A stretch of DNA of 64,000 nucleotides, taken from the NCBI GenBank assembly GCA_038321985.1, contig JBBQFN010000002.1:288001-352000 (forward strand), given 5' to 3'. Below the pieces are notes generated by a model. That model was not told the origin of the DNA, searched no databases, and saw only the letters and a program-made list of their open reading frames with translations. Made by a program: the position numbers and the translations under genes. Shown here piece after piece: positions 41,203 to 52,088 of this stretch (positions are counted from its first letter, which is position 1; each line of letters begins with the position of its first letter). The stretch is from Cyanophyceae cyanobacterium (GTDB taxonomy: Bacteria; Cyanobacteriota; Cyanobacteriia; Cyanobacteriales; Laspinemataceae).

Positions 41203-43011
41203 GCCGCGTTCCTCATGCTCTATCATGAAACAATCAACTAACAAATTTGTGTGATTGGGAGATGTGCTAACACCCTAACCCATCACCCTCGTTATTACTA
41301 ACCTTTCCCCTGTCCTTGGCGGATCTTTACACAACTGCCTTTGATTCAAAATCAAGAGACAATTGACTCCGGCCAGAGATCGCCGTCGGTGATGATTTTC
41401 ACCACTCGTCCCATTTTTTCTCATCATGAGATCAACGGATCCGATGGCTAGTCACGAAACGTCTCACTCAACTGCTGCTGACTAGGAAAGGGGGTTCGAT
41501 ACATCACTTCTCAACACACCTTTAGGGCTTAGTAGAAGTGGAAATCACTCAAGATTCTATTCGGTCCTGTTCAGACCTTCCCGATTGTAGCCTTTTTCAC
41601 AAAAATTGCACCGTGATTTTCATTGTCGTTTGTTTCTTGGGTTCTTATGCCACCAAATCCGGAGTGTCCTGATCGCGCTTCGGATTGACATGATAACCTT
41701 GAAATAGGCACTTTAACCAGGTTCGGCTTTTTTTTAGAAGGCATCATGAGTGAAGCCCTATTCTATTCGGGGTGAACGCTTGCCATCCACTTATGCCAGC
41801 GTACTCATATTCATTCCGGGGATGTTTTCCCGGATGAGTTTCAGATAATCTAAAAACTGTCAATGCACCCATTTTTACTTGATTTCCTTAAATTTACTCA
41901 CATCTAAAGACTTTGCCGTTACTCAATAAGGCGGTCCTTCAGCATTGAGGAGTGCTCAGATTCTGATCCCGGGTTTCTGCATCACCTCCTAGTTGATTGA
42001 AATTGTAGCAAACTGTTCACGGGTTGGCGACTGTTCGGAACCAAACGAGTTACCCTCTCCATCTCTCCCTAAAATCTCACTGTAACGGATGATTCAGGGG
42101 CGATCGCCCCTCAAATTATAAGCAGTGGGAGGGAGTATTTTACTTGAGCTAGATCCCCTCCATATCCCCAATTGATTGGGCATAGTTTTGGTTGTTTTCG
42201 GTTCACCCTTCCCCCTCCTGATTGTTAGGAAGAAGTTGGACCCCTCCGGTTGCGATCGCATTTAGATTGCTTTCAGGAGGAGGTGAAACTGGGATTCGGG
42301 GGAGTACCGCCGATAGATTGGACAGCTTGACATCCTCGTGCACCTCGTTCTTCCCCCTTCGGGGAGTTGTGTTTACAGTGCCTCGTTTGATGAGTTTTTC
42401 GGTGCAACCGCTGCCTTATCCCAATGTCGGACAATTATAAATCTAGCTGCCCGGTTTCTTTCCTACGGTCAAGAGGGAACCTGACTAAAGGTTGGTTGCG
42501 CTTCGCTATCTTAACGGGTTTGAAATCGCTCTGAATGCGTTTTCAACTCCCCTCGCTCTAGCTGACTTACCCCCCTCAAGCGGTGGTTATGGGTTGTCGT
42601 TCCAGAATGACCTGGTTCAATGACTGTACTTTACTGAGTTATTCTAATCAATCAACCCGAAAGTTGACCGATCGAGATGAATCTTAAATTAACATTCCCC
42701 CATTTCCGAACAGATCGACATCTGTGTTTTTTCGGTCGAGATCGGGATTGCTGTTATTTTCATTCTCATTCTGACACATCTGCCTCTGTTGACTTGGATA
42801 CAGAAGGGGTTTCTGTAACTTAGACAGATGAGCCAATCCTTTTTTTGTGGGCCGGATTATGCCTCAAAATCGCGATCGTCTCTTGACTTCTGTGTTCAGT
42901 AGCCTGTTGTCTGGGACATTTATCTAGGGTAACGAACTGATTACCCCGAGGGGGAGTCCGGTTACAACCTTCTTTGTTAAACTTTATAAAACTTAATCGA
43001 TTCTTTAAAGT

Positions 43012-43710
43012 TTATTGGCGGTAGAGTGGGCTGGATGACTGCCACAGGCGATCGATTGTAACGAAATCATAACCCGCTTGCAATAACTGGGGAATTAATT
43101 CCTCCGCGATCGCCGCGACGTCCTCTCCACCGTGCCATCCATCGTGCAGGACAATATGAGACCCATTCTGGACCTGCCGCAGGATGCGGTCCACCACCAC
43201 CGATACCCCGGGTCTCCACCAGTCCTCTACGACCACACTCCACATCACAGGTCGATAGTTCCACTGGTGGAGATGGCGCAAGATCCCCGGCGTAAAAAAC
43301 CCATTGGGGGGTCGTACATCCCGGATCTGGGTTTTGACCTGTTCTAGATCCAATTCACAGGCGTGAGCGATCGCTACTTGGTTTTTCTCTAAACTCTCCC
43401 GCAGTTGAGTCGAACTCAGGCGAGGAAAGGACCGATGCTCATATCCATGCAACCCAACCCAGTGTCCCCGTTCATACACGGCTTTAGCAACCCAGGGTGC
43501 TCTCTCCACACAAACCCCCAGCCAAAAAAAACTCGCGACGATCCCGTAACGGTCTAAAACCTTGAGTAACTGCGGTGTGTATTCAGCATGGGGTCCATCA
43601 TCAAAGGTCAAGGCGATCGCCCGTTCCGTCTTCCTTCCGGACCACAGACATTTGGGAAAGCTGGGTTTTAAAATCCGATAAAAAATCGGATAAAATGGCG
43701 CAAATCTCAT
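43012..43710 (-). CDS. Polysaccharide deacetylase (NodB/CE4)
   Basis: ALTFDDGP, GLHGYEH, RPPNG, IVLHDG. Confidence 0.92.
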   Translation of the reverse strand: MRFAPFYPIFYRILKPSFPKCLWSGRKTERAIALTFDDGPHAEYTPQLLKVLDRYGIVASFFWLGVCVERAPWVAKAVYERGHWVGLHGYEHRSFPRLSSTQLRESLEKNQVAIAHACELDLEQVKTQIRDVRPPNGFFTPGILRHLHQWNYRPVMWSVVVEDWWRPGVSVVVDRILRQVQNGSHIVLHDGWHGGEDVAAIAEELIPQLLQAGYDFVTIDRLWQSSSPLYRQ

Positions 43711-44189
43711 GAGCAATTCTTAATTATTCTTTATCTAATTTAACCAAGGAGGCTATTGATCTAGCCGATGATCCGGAAATGATTCTCTGTCAAAATACCC
43801 CCTTCTCCGGCACAAAAAAGGGGTTCATTAAAATTCCCTCTCTTACCCTCTAGACTTCTAAAAATTTTAATAATTCTGTCAAGAACCTGTCCCCCTCGTT
43901 CTAGACTTTAGGGTTGTATCCCTAAAATTGGGAAACTAAGCCCAGGGGACCGCGGCTGGCTGGGAGAGGATCGCCGAGATCAGTTGCGCGCTCATTCATC
44001 CTGAGCGATGGCGATCGCGCCCTCTTATTATTTTGATAAGACCCAGCATCGCTCTATTCTTCTCTATATTAAATGGGAAATTTTATTTTTTGGGAGTTTA
44101 AGCGTGATTTATCTCTAACCCTTTGCCGGCCAAGCCAGAGAGTGGATGGGGCAAAAAGCCTAAACCCACCCCCTGACTCACCCCCTAAC

Positions 44190-46517
44190 TCAAGCGATCC
44201 CTCCAGAAAAAGAGATTTCTTGTAAAAAATCCCCTGGATTGAAGGCCACAGAACCTTGGATAGGAAAACCCAAATCTGTGCGATCGCGGGATGTAATTTC
44301 CCTAGAAGTTCCCAGCAATTGAGCATGAGCATCGGTTGTGACATTGGAACCATTTGCCGATGCCCGTTGACGCTGAGTTCGCTGCTTTTTAGAGTATTCT
44401 ACCTGCTTAGTTTGGGCGATCGCATAAGCCGGTGTATCCCGAGGAACCTGTTTGAGAATATCAATCGCCCCGATAAAATCCTGCTTTCTCGCTCGTTGAT
44501 AGGCTTCCTGCAACAGTGAATTCCCCTTAATCCGCTGCTTTCGCCGGTATTCTAAAATCTTGTCTTGGACCTTAGAATAAGTCGCGGTGCCTTGAGGGAT
44601 CTTTTCAAGCAGTTGAATAGCCCCACCAAAATCTTTCGCGATCGCCTTGGCGTAGGCTTCAGTTAATAACTGATGCGCTTGAGCTTCAAGTTGGATCTGA
44701 TAATTTTCTTCATATTCGGGAAGTTTAGAAACCGCTTCTTCATAAGCAGGCGTACCCGGGGGAATTTTCTTGAGTAATTCTAAAGCGCCCTTAAAATCTT
44801 TTTCTAAGCCCTTGGCATAGGCTTGTTCCAACCATTCGGGCGTTTGCGGTGCAACTTGATCCGTAGCCAACTGCACCAAGGGAGCAATTTTATCTTGCCA
44901 ATAGGCAATCTCTGGAATCTCCGCTGCGCCTTGGATAGTTTCTACCCACTGCTGTTGCTGATAGGCTTTTTCGACTAAGGGGAATTGACTCTGGGCTTTT
45001 TCCCAGTCTACCCGCCAGCGATCGAGCTTGGCACGGGCCTCAAAATAAGCCGTACTAAAGCTGGGAATCGATTCAGCTAGGCTGATTGCTTTGTCATACT
45101 CCCCGGCATGATATTCTGTAGTCGCCTGGGTTAAAAGTTTAGGTCCCTCATCGGAAGTCGAAAAATAGAACAACGAGGTCAGGCCACCGGTAATCACCAG
45201 AGAATTCACCGCAAACCCAGCCCACATTCCCAAGAGCAGAATATTAGAAGCCGTAGCGCCACTCCCTTTTCGAGAGGGTATTAATTCGGGTTCTGGATGG
45301 ACAGAGGATGGAGCAAATAGGGGATCGGGCGTGGCATTCATGTCTGTAAACGACATAGATTCCATCTCTAACGGTTGATTAAGAACCGCCATCGGTTCAG
45401 GAGAGGGGTCCAAGGGGGAGAGAACGGAGACGACATTTATCGCATCACTCTGGAGAGGAGCATCCACTGTTGTTGCAGGGGTCAGAGTTTCTGGCGTTTT
45501 ACCGGCGATCGCTACGGGTTCTCCGGGGATTGCGGAGGCATCTTGAGTTTCCCAAGGATTCTCCAGGATGGGTAGGGGTTGAATTTGGATCGGTTTGAGA
45601 TGGAGCAGGTTGGGGTCTGGAAAGAGCAGGAGTTGCAATTCATCCAGGGCTTCTAGGGCAGATTGGTAACGGGTTTTACCGTGATAGCGCACCATTTTGC
45701 TTAAAATGGCAACCAACGCCGAACCAACAGGGGCGATCGCTTCTGAATGCCAGACAATCTCTCCCGTGTGCGAGCTAATTTCTAAGTCTGATGGATGCAA
45801 TCCGGTTAAGGCTTGAATCGCCAGTAAGCCCAAGGCATAGATATCGCTGTTCGGACGGGAATTTCCGAGGAGTTGTTCGGGTGGTAAATAGCCAAAGGTC
45901 GCGATGGGTAAGGCGATCGAGGATTGTCTAGAGTGCGTATTATTTCGCTCTCGAATGGGTTGGACACTTCCAAAGTCCACCATTGCGAATTTCCCATCTT
46001 CCGCCCGTCTAATTAACTTATCCGGTGCGATATTGCAATGAATCAACCCTTGTTGATGGATGAAACTAAGAAGGGATAAGCCTTCTTTGAGAAACTGCAA
46101 ACAGGCGCTTTCACTCCAGCGCTTGCTACAACGTTTGCCAATCGGCAGCAAGTGACGGAGTGTCTCCCCTTCAATCCATTCTTGAACTAAATAAGAGGAA
46201 TCAGCTTCAGTGAAACAGTGCAAGAATCGGGGAATGCGATCGTGATTTCCCAATTTTTTCAGAGTTTCTGCTTCAATTTTGAATAAGTGTTGCGCTGATT
46301 GAAGACAATGGGGATTGTTTGTACCTAGATTAAGCTGCTTGACAAAACATTTAGGATTGCCTGGATTTTTCGTATCTTTAGCAATATAGGTGTTGCCTAC
46401 CCCATCGGCATTTAAAACTTTAACAATTTGATAGCGATCGGCTAATAGGGTTTCTAATATGGGCATTGACGCGACTCTCTGCATAGAAAGAATTTCCACC
46501 TTGACCTTGAGTTTCAC
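44190..46517 (-). CDS. Ser/Thr kinase-fold membrane protein, probable pseudokinase, with C-terminal helical repeats
   Basis: Hanks fold (CFVKQL, DFG, GYLPPEQ, SDIYALG) but HRD replaced by HCN; one TM; ~49-aa AY.K...KDF.GA..LL.KIP.GT repeats; real start may be ATG 46484 or 46466. Confidence 0.85.
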   Translation of the reverse strand: MKLKVKVEILSMQRVASMPILETLLADRYQIVKVLNADGVGNTYIAKDTKNPGNPKCFVKQLNLGTNNPHCLQSAQHLFKIEAETLKKLGNHDRIPRFLHCFTEADSSYLVQEWIEGETLRHLLPIGKRCSKRWSESACLQFLKEGLSLLSFIHQQGLIHCNIAPDKLIRRAEDGKFAMVDFGSVQPIRERNNTHSRQSSIALPIATFGYLPPEQLLGNSRPNSDIYALGLLAIQALTGLHPSDLEISSHTGEIVWHSEAIAPVGSALVAILSKMVRYHGKTRYQSALEALDELQLLLFPDPNLLHLKPIQIQPLPILENPWETQDASAIPGEPVAIAGKTPETLTPATTVDAPLQSDAINVVSVLSPLDPSPEPMAVLNQPLEMESMSFTDMNATPDPLFAPSSVHPEPELIPSRKGSGATASNILLLGMWAGFAVNSLVITGGLTSLFYFSTSDEGPKLLTQATTEYHAGEYDKAISLAESIPSFSTAYFEARAKLDRWRVDWEKAQSQFPLVEKAYQQQQWVETIQGAAEIPEIAYWQDKIAPLVQLATDQVAPQTPEWLEQAYAKGLEKDFKGALELLKKIPPGTPAYEEAVSKLPEYEENYQIQLEAQAHQLLTEAYAKAIAKDFGGAIQLLEKIPQGTATYSKVQDKILEYRRKQRIKGNSLLQEAYQRARKQDFIGAIDILKQVPRDTPAYAIAQTKQVEYSKKQRTQRQRASANGSNVTTDAHAQLLGTSREITSRDRTDLGFPIQGSVAFNPGDFLQEISFSGGIA

Positions 46518-47513
46518 AGAGGTTTAGAATCAACCTGATCGCTTGGTTAGAGGCCCCAACAATCCCGCCCGATCTCTGGCATCAAATGGTTGTAGATGTT
46601 CCCTTGGCTGTTTGAGCCAGTTGAATTGATCGGGGTCCGGTCCGATTCCATCGGTCAGTTCCGCGATCGCTCTATGCCTTCGGGGGGGGGAATGTACCCC
46701 TGATCAGCGGTGAAATTTCTCACGGCTGATTAGGGTTTTCTCGCCAAGCTAGGAGCGTATTCAGGTAAGAGTACAAACTCTTTTCCGCTTCAGGCTTTCT
46801 CTATCAGGAATATTGCCCATTATTTTTCGATGCCTAGAATTTTCTCTGGTTAATCGAGTTTTTATTCCAGAGGTATCCTAGCTAACTTCTTTTTCCTAAA
46901 GGCTGGTATCCCTGCCCTTCGGAAAAGGGTAGACCCCGCCTCAGTTTTTCCGGAAGGGCTTTCCTCTACCGCTGGAGAGAGGGAGTAAGAAGATTTCAAA
47001 ATTTGATATCGCTTCTAGTCCCTACAATAATTAACAAGTTTTTAGAGGGTCTTAGCCTTGAAAAACTTGATTATATTTCTTTCTAAAAGTTAGAAAATAA
47101 TTAATTAATAGAAGTCAATTCAATGCTGATTAAATGGATTTTATAATTTTACTCACAATTTATTCAGGGCCCTAACCCTGGATAACTTAAGAGAATATCG
47201 GGACCGCCGAAATAAATTTGAAGGAAGATTGAGCATTTCCCCTCATTGTTGGGCGAATATTCCTGGTTTTTACCCAAAACCTCGGTTTTGGGGAGGAATT
47301 CACCGATTCTGTAAAACTCTTACAAAAATCTCCGAGTTTTCCGGATAGCCCGTTTTAATTCTGAAAGATGTTAAATACGCACGCTAGTTTCTCTAATTGT
47401 GCAAATTTTCAGGTTAATCCTGAAATCCCTGGGTAAAACATCAGTTTAGGACCGCTTAATTTTTTCTGAATTTATTTTCAGCGATCGCTTTATTATTTGG
47501 GGGTTCAATTATC

Positions 47514-47753
47514 ATGGCTATCCTGGTTTTTTCCTTGTTGTTTATTTTTTTTACGATTGAAATTTTTTCGCCTAAAAAACCTAAAAAGCTATCTAACTCA
47601 AATTACTGTCAACCCTGCTGTTCCCCAAATCCGAAAGACCGCAAACCCAATTTAGAAGGTGTTCCCTCTAAAAATGCCTCCCAGTCTCCAGCAGGAAACC
47701 GTCCTTCTAAATTTGGTGAGTCTATCCCCAAATCCAGGAATATCAAACCCTAA
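47514..47753 (+). CDS. Small hypothetical protein with an N-terminal hydrophobic segment
   Basis: ATG with GGGGG upstream, TM-like N-terminus and basic tail; no recognisable family. Confidence 0.4.
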   Translation: MAILVFSLLFIFFTIEIFSPKKPKKLSNSNYCQPCCSPNPKDRKPNLEGVPSKNASQSPAGNRPSKFGESIPKSRNIKP

Positions 47754-47833
47754 AATTTCGTTCTTTCATCCTAGGAAGTCCAGCCTAGGGCTGAAGGGGT
47801 GTTTTTTATTATAAAGATTAATAAATTTGGCAA

Positions 47834-49726
47834 TTAGCTTGAGGGAGCGGATAAATTTTCATCCGTTCTTTCCCCCAAAATTGAGTAAATGATAGTCTCC
47901 TGCTGTTTACCCCGCAGGTAAATTTCACTGACTTGAACTCCAGTATAGCGATCGCAAACGTAGAGATATGTTTCTTGGGTCACTAATAAATGATAAAAAT
48001 TATTATCAAGGATATCTTTATTCATGGGTTCAACTCGTGCAGCTACATTAACAGTATCTCCGATCGCCGAATAATTTGCCCGTTGCTTGCCGCCGACACT
48101 CCCCGCAATCAAAGGACCTGTATGAATCCCCATCCCGATTTGGATTAAAGGCTTCCCTTCCGCTTTCATGCGTTGATTGAGTTGTTTGAGTCGAGCATCC
48201 ATTGCCAAACAAGCCGCGATCGCATTCATTGCATCCGCCTGAATCTCTTCCGGAGTTTGGCGAGGAAAGGGAAGACCAAACACCGCCATAATCGCATCCC
48301 CAATATATTTATCAATCACTCCCCCATGCTCCATAATACACTCAGACATCGCATCCAAATAATCATTAAGCCAGGAGAGTAAATCTCGGGGGGATAATCT
48401 TTCAGATATAGTGGTAAAACTCCGAATATCCATAAATAAAACCGTAGCGATTAATTCTTGAGGAGGCAAATCGCCTTGATCAAAAATTTCATCCCGACGG
48501 TCCCAAACCATGCGAGCCATTTGGGGGGAAATCTGTTTTGCGAAAAGCTGCATAAGCTGTTGTTTTTCGTAGCGATCGCGCAGTTGTACCATCATTCCGG
48601 CTAAAATCATGGTACCAATGGGAGCAACAACAGGAATCCACCAATTCCCCCAAGTAAAAGCCCCTAAAGCGATCGCAAACCAGGCTAATGGAAAACCCAA
48701 AGCTGTCCCCCTTTGAAGTTGCACCAATCCCAGGCGCATCAGCCCGCGATCGCTCCAAATCCAACTCATAGATAGACTAATCCCGATTAAAATCATCCCA
48801 GCGATCGCTCGGGGAAGTTGTTTCAAAAACCGTCCCTCTAACCCATTATCCAAAATTGCCGCATGGATATATACACCCGTAATGGGCTGAAGAGGCGAGA
48901 TTTTGCGATCAACACCCGTGGCAACAAATCCCACCAGTACCAGTTGATTGTCAAACGTTTTGGAAGGAACTCGACCCTCGACCACATCCACGAATGAATA
49001 AGTCGGCACTTGTTGGATTTTTCCCGGCCAATTAATCCAGATATTTTGAAGGTCTAACCCTGGATAAGGCTTAACAATAGCTTGGGATGGAATCCTATTT
49101 AATAAACTCTCAGTCGGCTGATTTTCCGAGACCTGAAGCATTGCCAAACTCAAGGCCGGTACCCCATCAAACCAAACGGTTGCCTGACGGCTAATGCCAT
49201 CACTATCGGGTTCGTGAAGGATATGGCCCGTCGCCGCTGCCGCATCTTTTAACACCGATAACGGTTCTTCTTCGGGTCCGGCACTGGCGAGAATGGTCTT
49301 GCTATTAATTTGAATCGCCCTACCGAATAACTCATCTTGCGAACTCGGGTCAAGAAACAAAATATCAAAACCAATGGCGCTCAAGGAAGAATTATTCAGG
49401 GCATTGAGCAGTTCGACATAGCGATCGCGAGACCAAGGAAACTGTCCGTAATCTTGCAAACTCTTGCTATCAATTGCAATCACTGCAATTCGAGAATTCC
49501 AGCGGAGTTCGGGCCGAAGATTAAACAGTACCCCATAGGCCAATCTTTCTAAAGGCTGCCATGCACCGCCCCCGTACAGGGTCACGGAAATAACTGCCGC
49601 GATCGCTCCCGGCAACAAGGGATGATGACTTCTAAAATAACCTTGCAGCCCCTGTCGAAATCCCACTAAATAACCTAATAACTCCATAAACAGAAATCCG
49701 GATTTAAGGAATCCGGATTTGAGCAA
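47834..49726 (-). CDS. CHASE2-domain class III adenylate/guanylate cyclase
   Basis: CHASE2 (IAVIAID..SL..YGQFPWSR, IGFDILF, GVYIHA), three TMs, cyclase TVLFMDIRSFT, IDKYIGDAIMAVF, GDTVNVAARVE; alternative start ATG 49687. Confidence 0.92.
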   Translation of the reverse strand: MLKSGFLKSGFLFMELLGYLVGFRQGLQGYFRSHHPLLPGAIAAVISVTLYGGGAWQPLERLAYGVLFNLRPELRWNSRIAVIAIDSKSLQDYGQFPWSRDRYVELLNALNNSSLSAIGFDILFLDPSSQDELFGRAIQINSKTILASAGPEEEPLSVLKDAAAATGHILHEPDSDGISRQATVWFDGVPALSLAMLQVSENQPTESLLNRIPSQAIVKPYPGLDLQNIWINWPGKIQQVPTYSFVDVVEGRVPSKTFDNQLVLVGFVATGVDRKISPLQPITGVYIHAAILDNGLEGRFLKQLPRAIAGMILIGISLSMSWIWSDRGLMRLGLVQLQRGTALGFPLAWFAIALGAFTWGNWWIPVVAPIGTMILAGMMVQLRDRYEKQQLMQLFAKQISPQMARMVWDRRDEIFDQGDLPPQELIATVLFMDIRSFTTISERLSPRDLLSWLNDYLDAMSECIMEHGGVIDKYIGDAIMAVFGLPFPRQTPEEIQADAMNAIAACLAMDARLKQLNQRMKAEGKPLIQIGMGIHTGPLIAGSVGGKQRANYSAIGDTVNVAARVEPMNKDILDNNFYHLLVTQETYLYVCDRYTGVQVSEIYLRGKQQETIIYSILGERTDENLSAPSS

Positions 49727-49733
49727 TCCTGAT

Positions 49734-50882
49734 TTATTGAACGGGAATCGAATACACTCGCTCTCGCACTGCCGGTCCGCGCACTACAAATCGCAGCCGT
49801 CGCGAGACGGGTCTTCGCACCAACAGGGAGAAACTACCATCAGAATTAGTGATTACAGGTTCACCGTTAAGCAACAAGATATCGGGACTGTCAATTTTAC
49901 CCTGAATTAGAACTCGATTGGAACCTCGGGGTTGGGTGACTAGCAATTGGAGTTTGGAGTCAACAGGGATCTGCTGGGGAGCAGTAGGAGCCAAACCCGG
50001 GCTAATCACCGTAAATTGGCCACTACCCACCAAAACTTCTTGTCCGAGTGCCGTAGCGCTGACACTACCATCAACAGTCCGAATTCCAGTTTGACCGTTT
50101 GGCCCCACATCTACGCCAAATGAGGTTCCGCGTACTCCGGCGACTCCCGTGGGTGTGCGGACTCTAAACGGTGAATCTCCGGTGCGGTCCTGAGTTAAGA
50201 GCGGGTCTTCTAGGGAGAAGGGAAGGCTTTTCATGGCAGTTGCATTTCCAGATAGCTGACTGGCCAAATCCGGGGTTAAGCGTCCCAGGGAAAATCTCAC
50301 CTGTCCTTGACGTACAAATAGTTCGACGTCGGCATCAGCAAAGCTTTCGATATCGAAGTTGCTGAGTTCATCGATTTCAATAGATCCGCGAAAATTGTCT
50401 AATCGCAAACGGGCGGTGGAGTTCTCTTCGCTGACCCAGGTGCCGATCGCCGGTTGCAAACAATCCCCGAGTTCAATGGGACGTCCTTCAAAGCTGATGT
50501 TCCCTCGCAGGGATTCCACTCTCAATCCCCCGGGACAATTCGCGGGAGTCTGTGCCAAAATATCGTTTCCTAGAGTCTCCTGAGCTTGGAAAGATTCCAC
50601 CAGTGGAGTGAGTTGGCTAGGGTGTGGGGAATCTTGAATGGCTTCAAGGACTGACTCTTGGCTCAAAACGTCTTGAAAGTCTGGGGTAGGGAATTGAAGT
50701 CCTTCTACAAATGAGAAACCTTCCTGAATAAGGTCTGTGTGGGTCTCAACTTCCAGTGGAGCTTCCGGGGAGGCAATGGCGATTCCTTGAGTCGGAGTGA
50801 AGGCCGCGATCGCCCCCCAGGATAATAATATCGCTCGGGCAATCTGGGGTAAACCTAAAACAGGGGTGGAAATATTATTCAT
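49734..50882 (-). CDS. FecR-domain protein with a C-terminal Ig-like beta domain
   Basis: Signal-like N-terminus; FRVRTPTGVAGVRGTSFGV..T.IRTVDGSV FecR motif; LLNGEPVITNSDGSFSL. Confidence 0.85.
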   Translation of the reverse strand: MNNISTPVLGLPQIARAILLSWGAIAAFTPTQGIAIASPEAPLEVETHTDLIQEGFSFVEGLQFPTPDFQDVLSQESVLEAIQDSPHPSQLTPLVESFQAQETLGNDILAQTPANCPGGLRVESLRGNISFEGRPIELGDCLQPAIGTWVSEENSTARLRLDNFRGSIEIDELSNFDIESFADADVELFVRQGQVRFSLGRLTPDLASQLSGNATAMKSLPFSLEDPLLTQDRTGDSPFRVRTPTGVAGVRGTSFGVDVGPNGQTGIRTVDGSVSATALGQEVLVGSGQFTVISPGLAPTAPQQIPVDSKLQLLVTQPRGSNRVLIQGKIDSPDILLLNGEPVITNSDGSFSLLVRRPVSRRLRFVVRGPAVRERVYSIPVQ

Positions 50883-51328
50883 TAGCCTCGATATTTATGG
50901 AAGTATTTTTTAGAGCATATAGGCCCGATCGCACCCAACCCAAGACGATCTAAGATTCTCCAGAAGTTTCCTTGGGGATCAATTCGTCTTAACCCCTCCT
51001 TCAAGGGTGGTGCTCCGGCCTCTTTATTAACAATATAGAGACACTCAAGCCTGAATCTCTATCAGGTTTCCAATTATTGATGTGCCAATCCGGAGCCATC
51101 TTGAGAGTCAACTCGGCTGGTGGTTTTGCTGGGCATCGCCCGAAGTGCCTGATGGCCCTCTACTTTGGGATTAAATCCCTCTGCATCGCCCATTTTACGG
51201 GAATTGCTCTGGGGAGGTTGCCTCGATAAATATAATACGGTTACTGACAAACAACCCAGGGATGTTTAGTGGTTTAGGTAGCAATCCCTGCTTTAATGCG
51301 ATTTAGCCGGATTTGAGCGGGATTTTGA

Positions 51329-51940
51329 TTAGTCCACATCCACGGGATGGGAAAGGGCTGGAGTGGATGGTGACAAGGATGCGCTATGGGATTTTTGGAA
51401 AGACAAACCCAGGATTGCAGTAACTAAAACCACGCCATAGACCACATACAGATGCATGGGGCTCAGGGACAAGCTGAAGCTAAATTTTGAGGGTTTTGTG
51501 GAACCAATGGCGGTTTTGAGGGAATCCCGTTCCGGTAAAGAGGCAGCAAGAGCAGAGCCGTCTACTCCCAGAGCATCGCCAATCCGACGGATAAATCCTC
51601 GAACGTAGATATCCTGGGGTAATTTTTCTAGGGTCCCTGTTTCTAGGGCGCGTATTTGATATTGGGGGACATGAGTCAGGGTATAAAGTTGGTCGCGAGT
51701 GAGTCCTTGTTCTTCCCTCAGTTGTTCGAGTTCTTGCCCGAGTTGTCGCAGGGCATTTTCCCAGGCGCGATCGCGGGTGAGCTCTTTTTCAGCATCGAGG
51801 TCTTTAATCCCGAGAGCCGGTTCCGTGGACCCGAATGCTGCGGCATTCTCTGAATTGGGTCGATTCAGCAAATTCTCATCCTCTGCTGACTTGGGTCGGG
51901 AAACTCCGGTAAAACCAAACATTAAATTCGATCCAGTCAT
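51329..51940 (-). CDS. XRE-type HTH protein with a C-terminal TM (RodZ-like N-terminal domain)
   Basis: LGQELEQLREEQGLT..IRALETG..LPQDIYVRGFIRRIGDALG. Confidence 0.85.
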   Translation of the reverse strand: MTGSNLMFGFTGVSRPKSAEDENLLNRPNSENAAAFGSTEPALGIKDLDAEKELTRDRAWENALRQLGQELEQLREEQGLTRDQLYTLTHVPQYQIRALETGTLEKLPQDIYVRGFIRRIGDALGVDGSALAASLPERDSLKTAIGSTKPSKFSFSLSLSPMHLYVVYGVVLVTAILGLSFQKSHSASLSPSTPALSHPVDVD

Positions 51941-52088
51941 TTCTATTTTCTCCGTGCTTCAGGGGAACAGATTCTCATGTAGAAGTGTAAAGCGTCAAGC
52001 TGTAGGGTGACACCCCTCGGATGTATAACCCCTCAAGTGATAACAACTTAAAGTGGAAATTGTCTACTCTAAAATTCGGTGTAAGTCC

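Noticed and set aside
46682..46690. G9 homopolymer upstream of the pseudokinase as a phase-variation tract
   Set aside because: Short, and not demonstrably within a promoter spacer or reading frame
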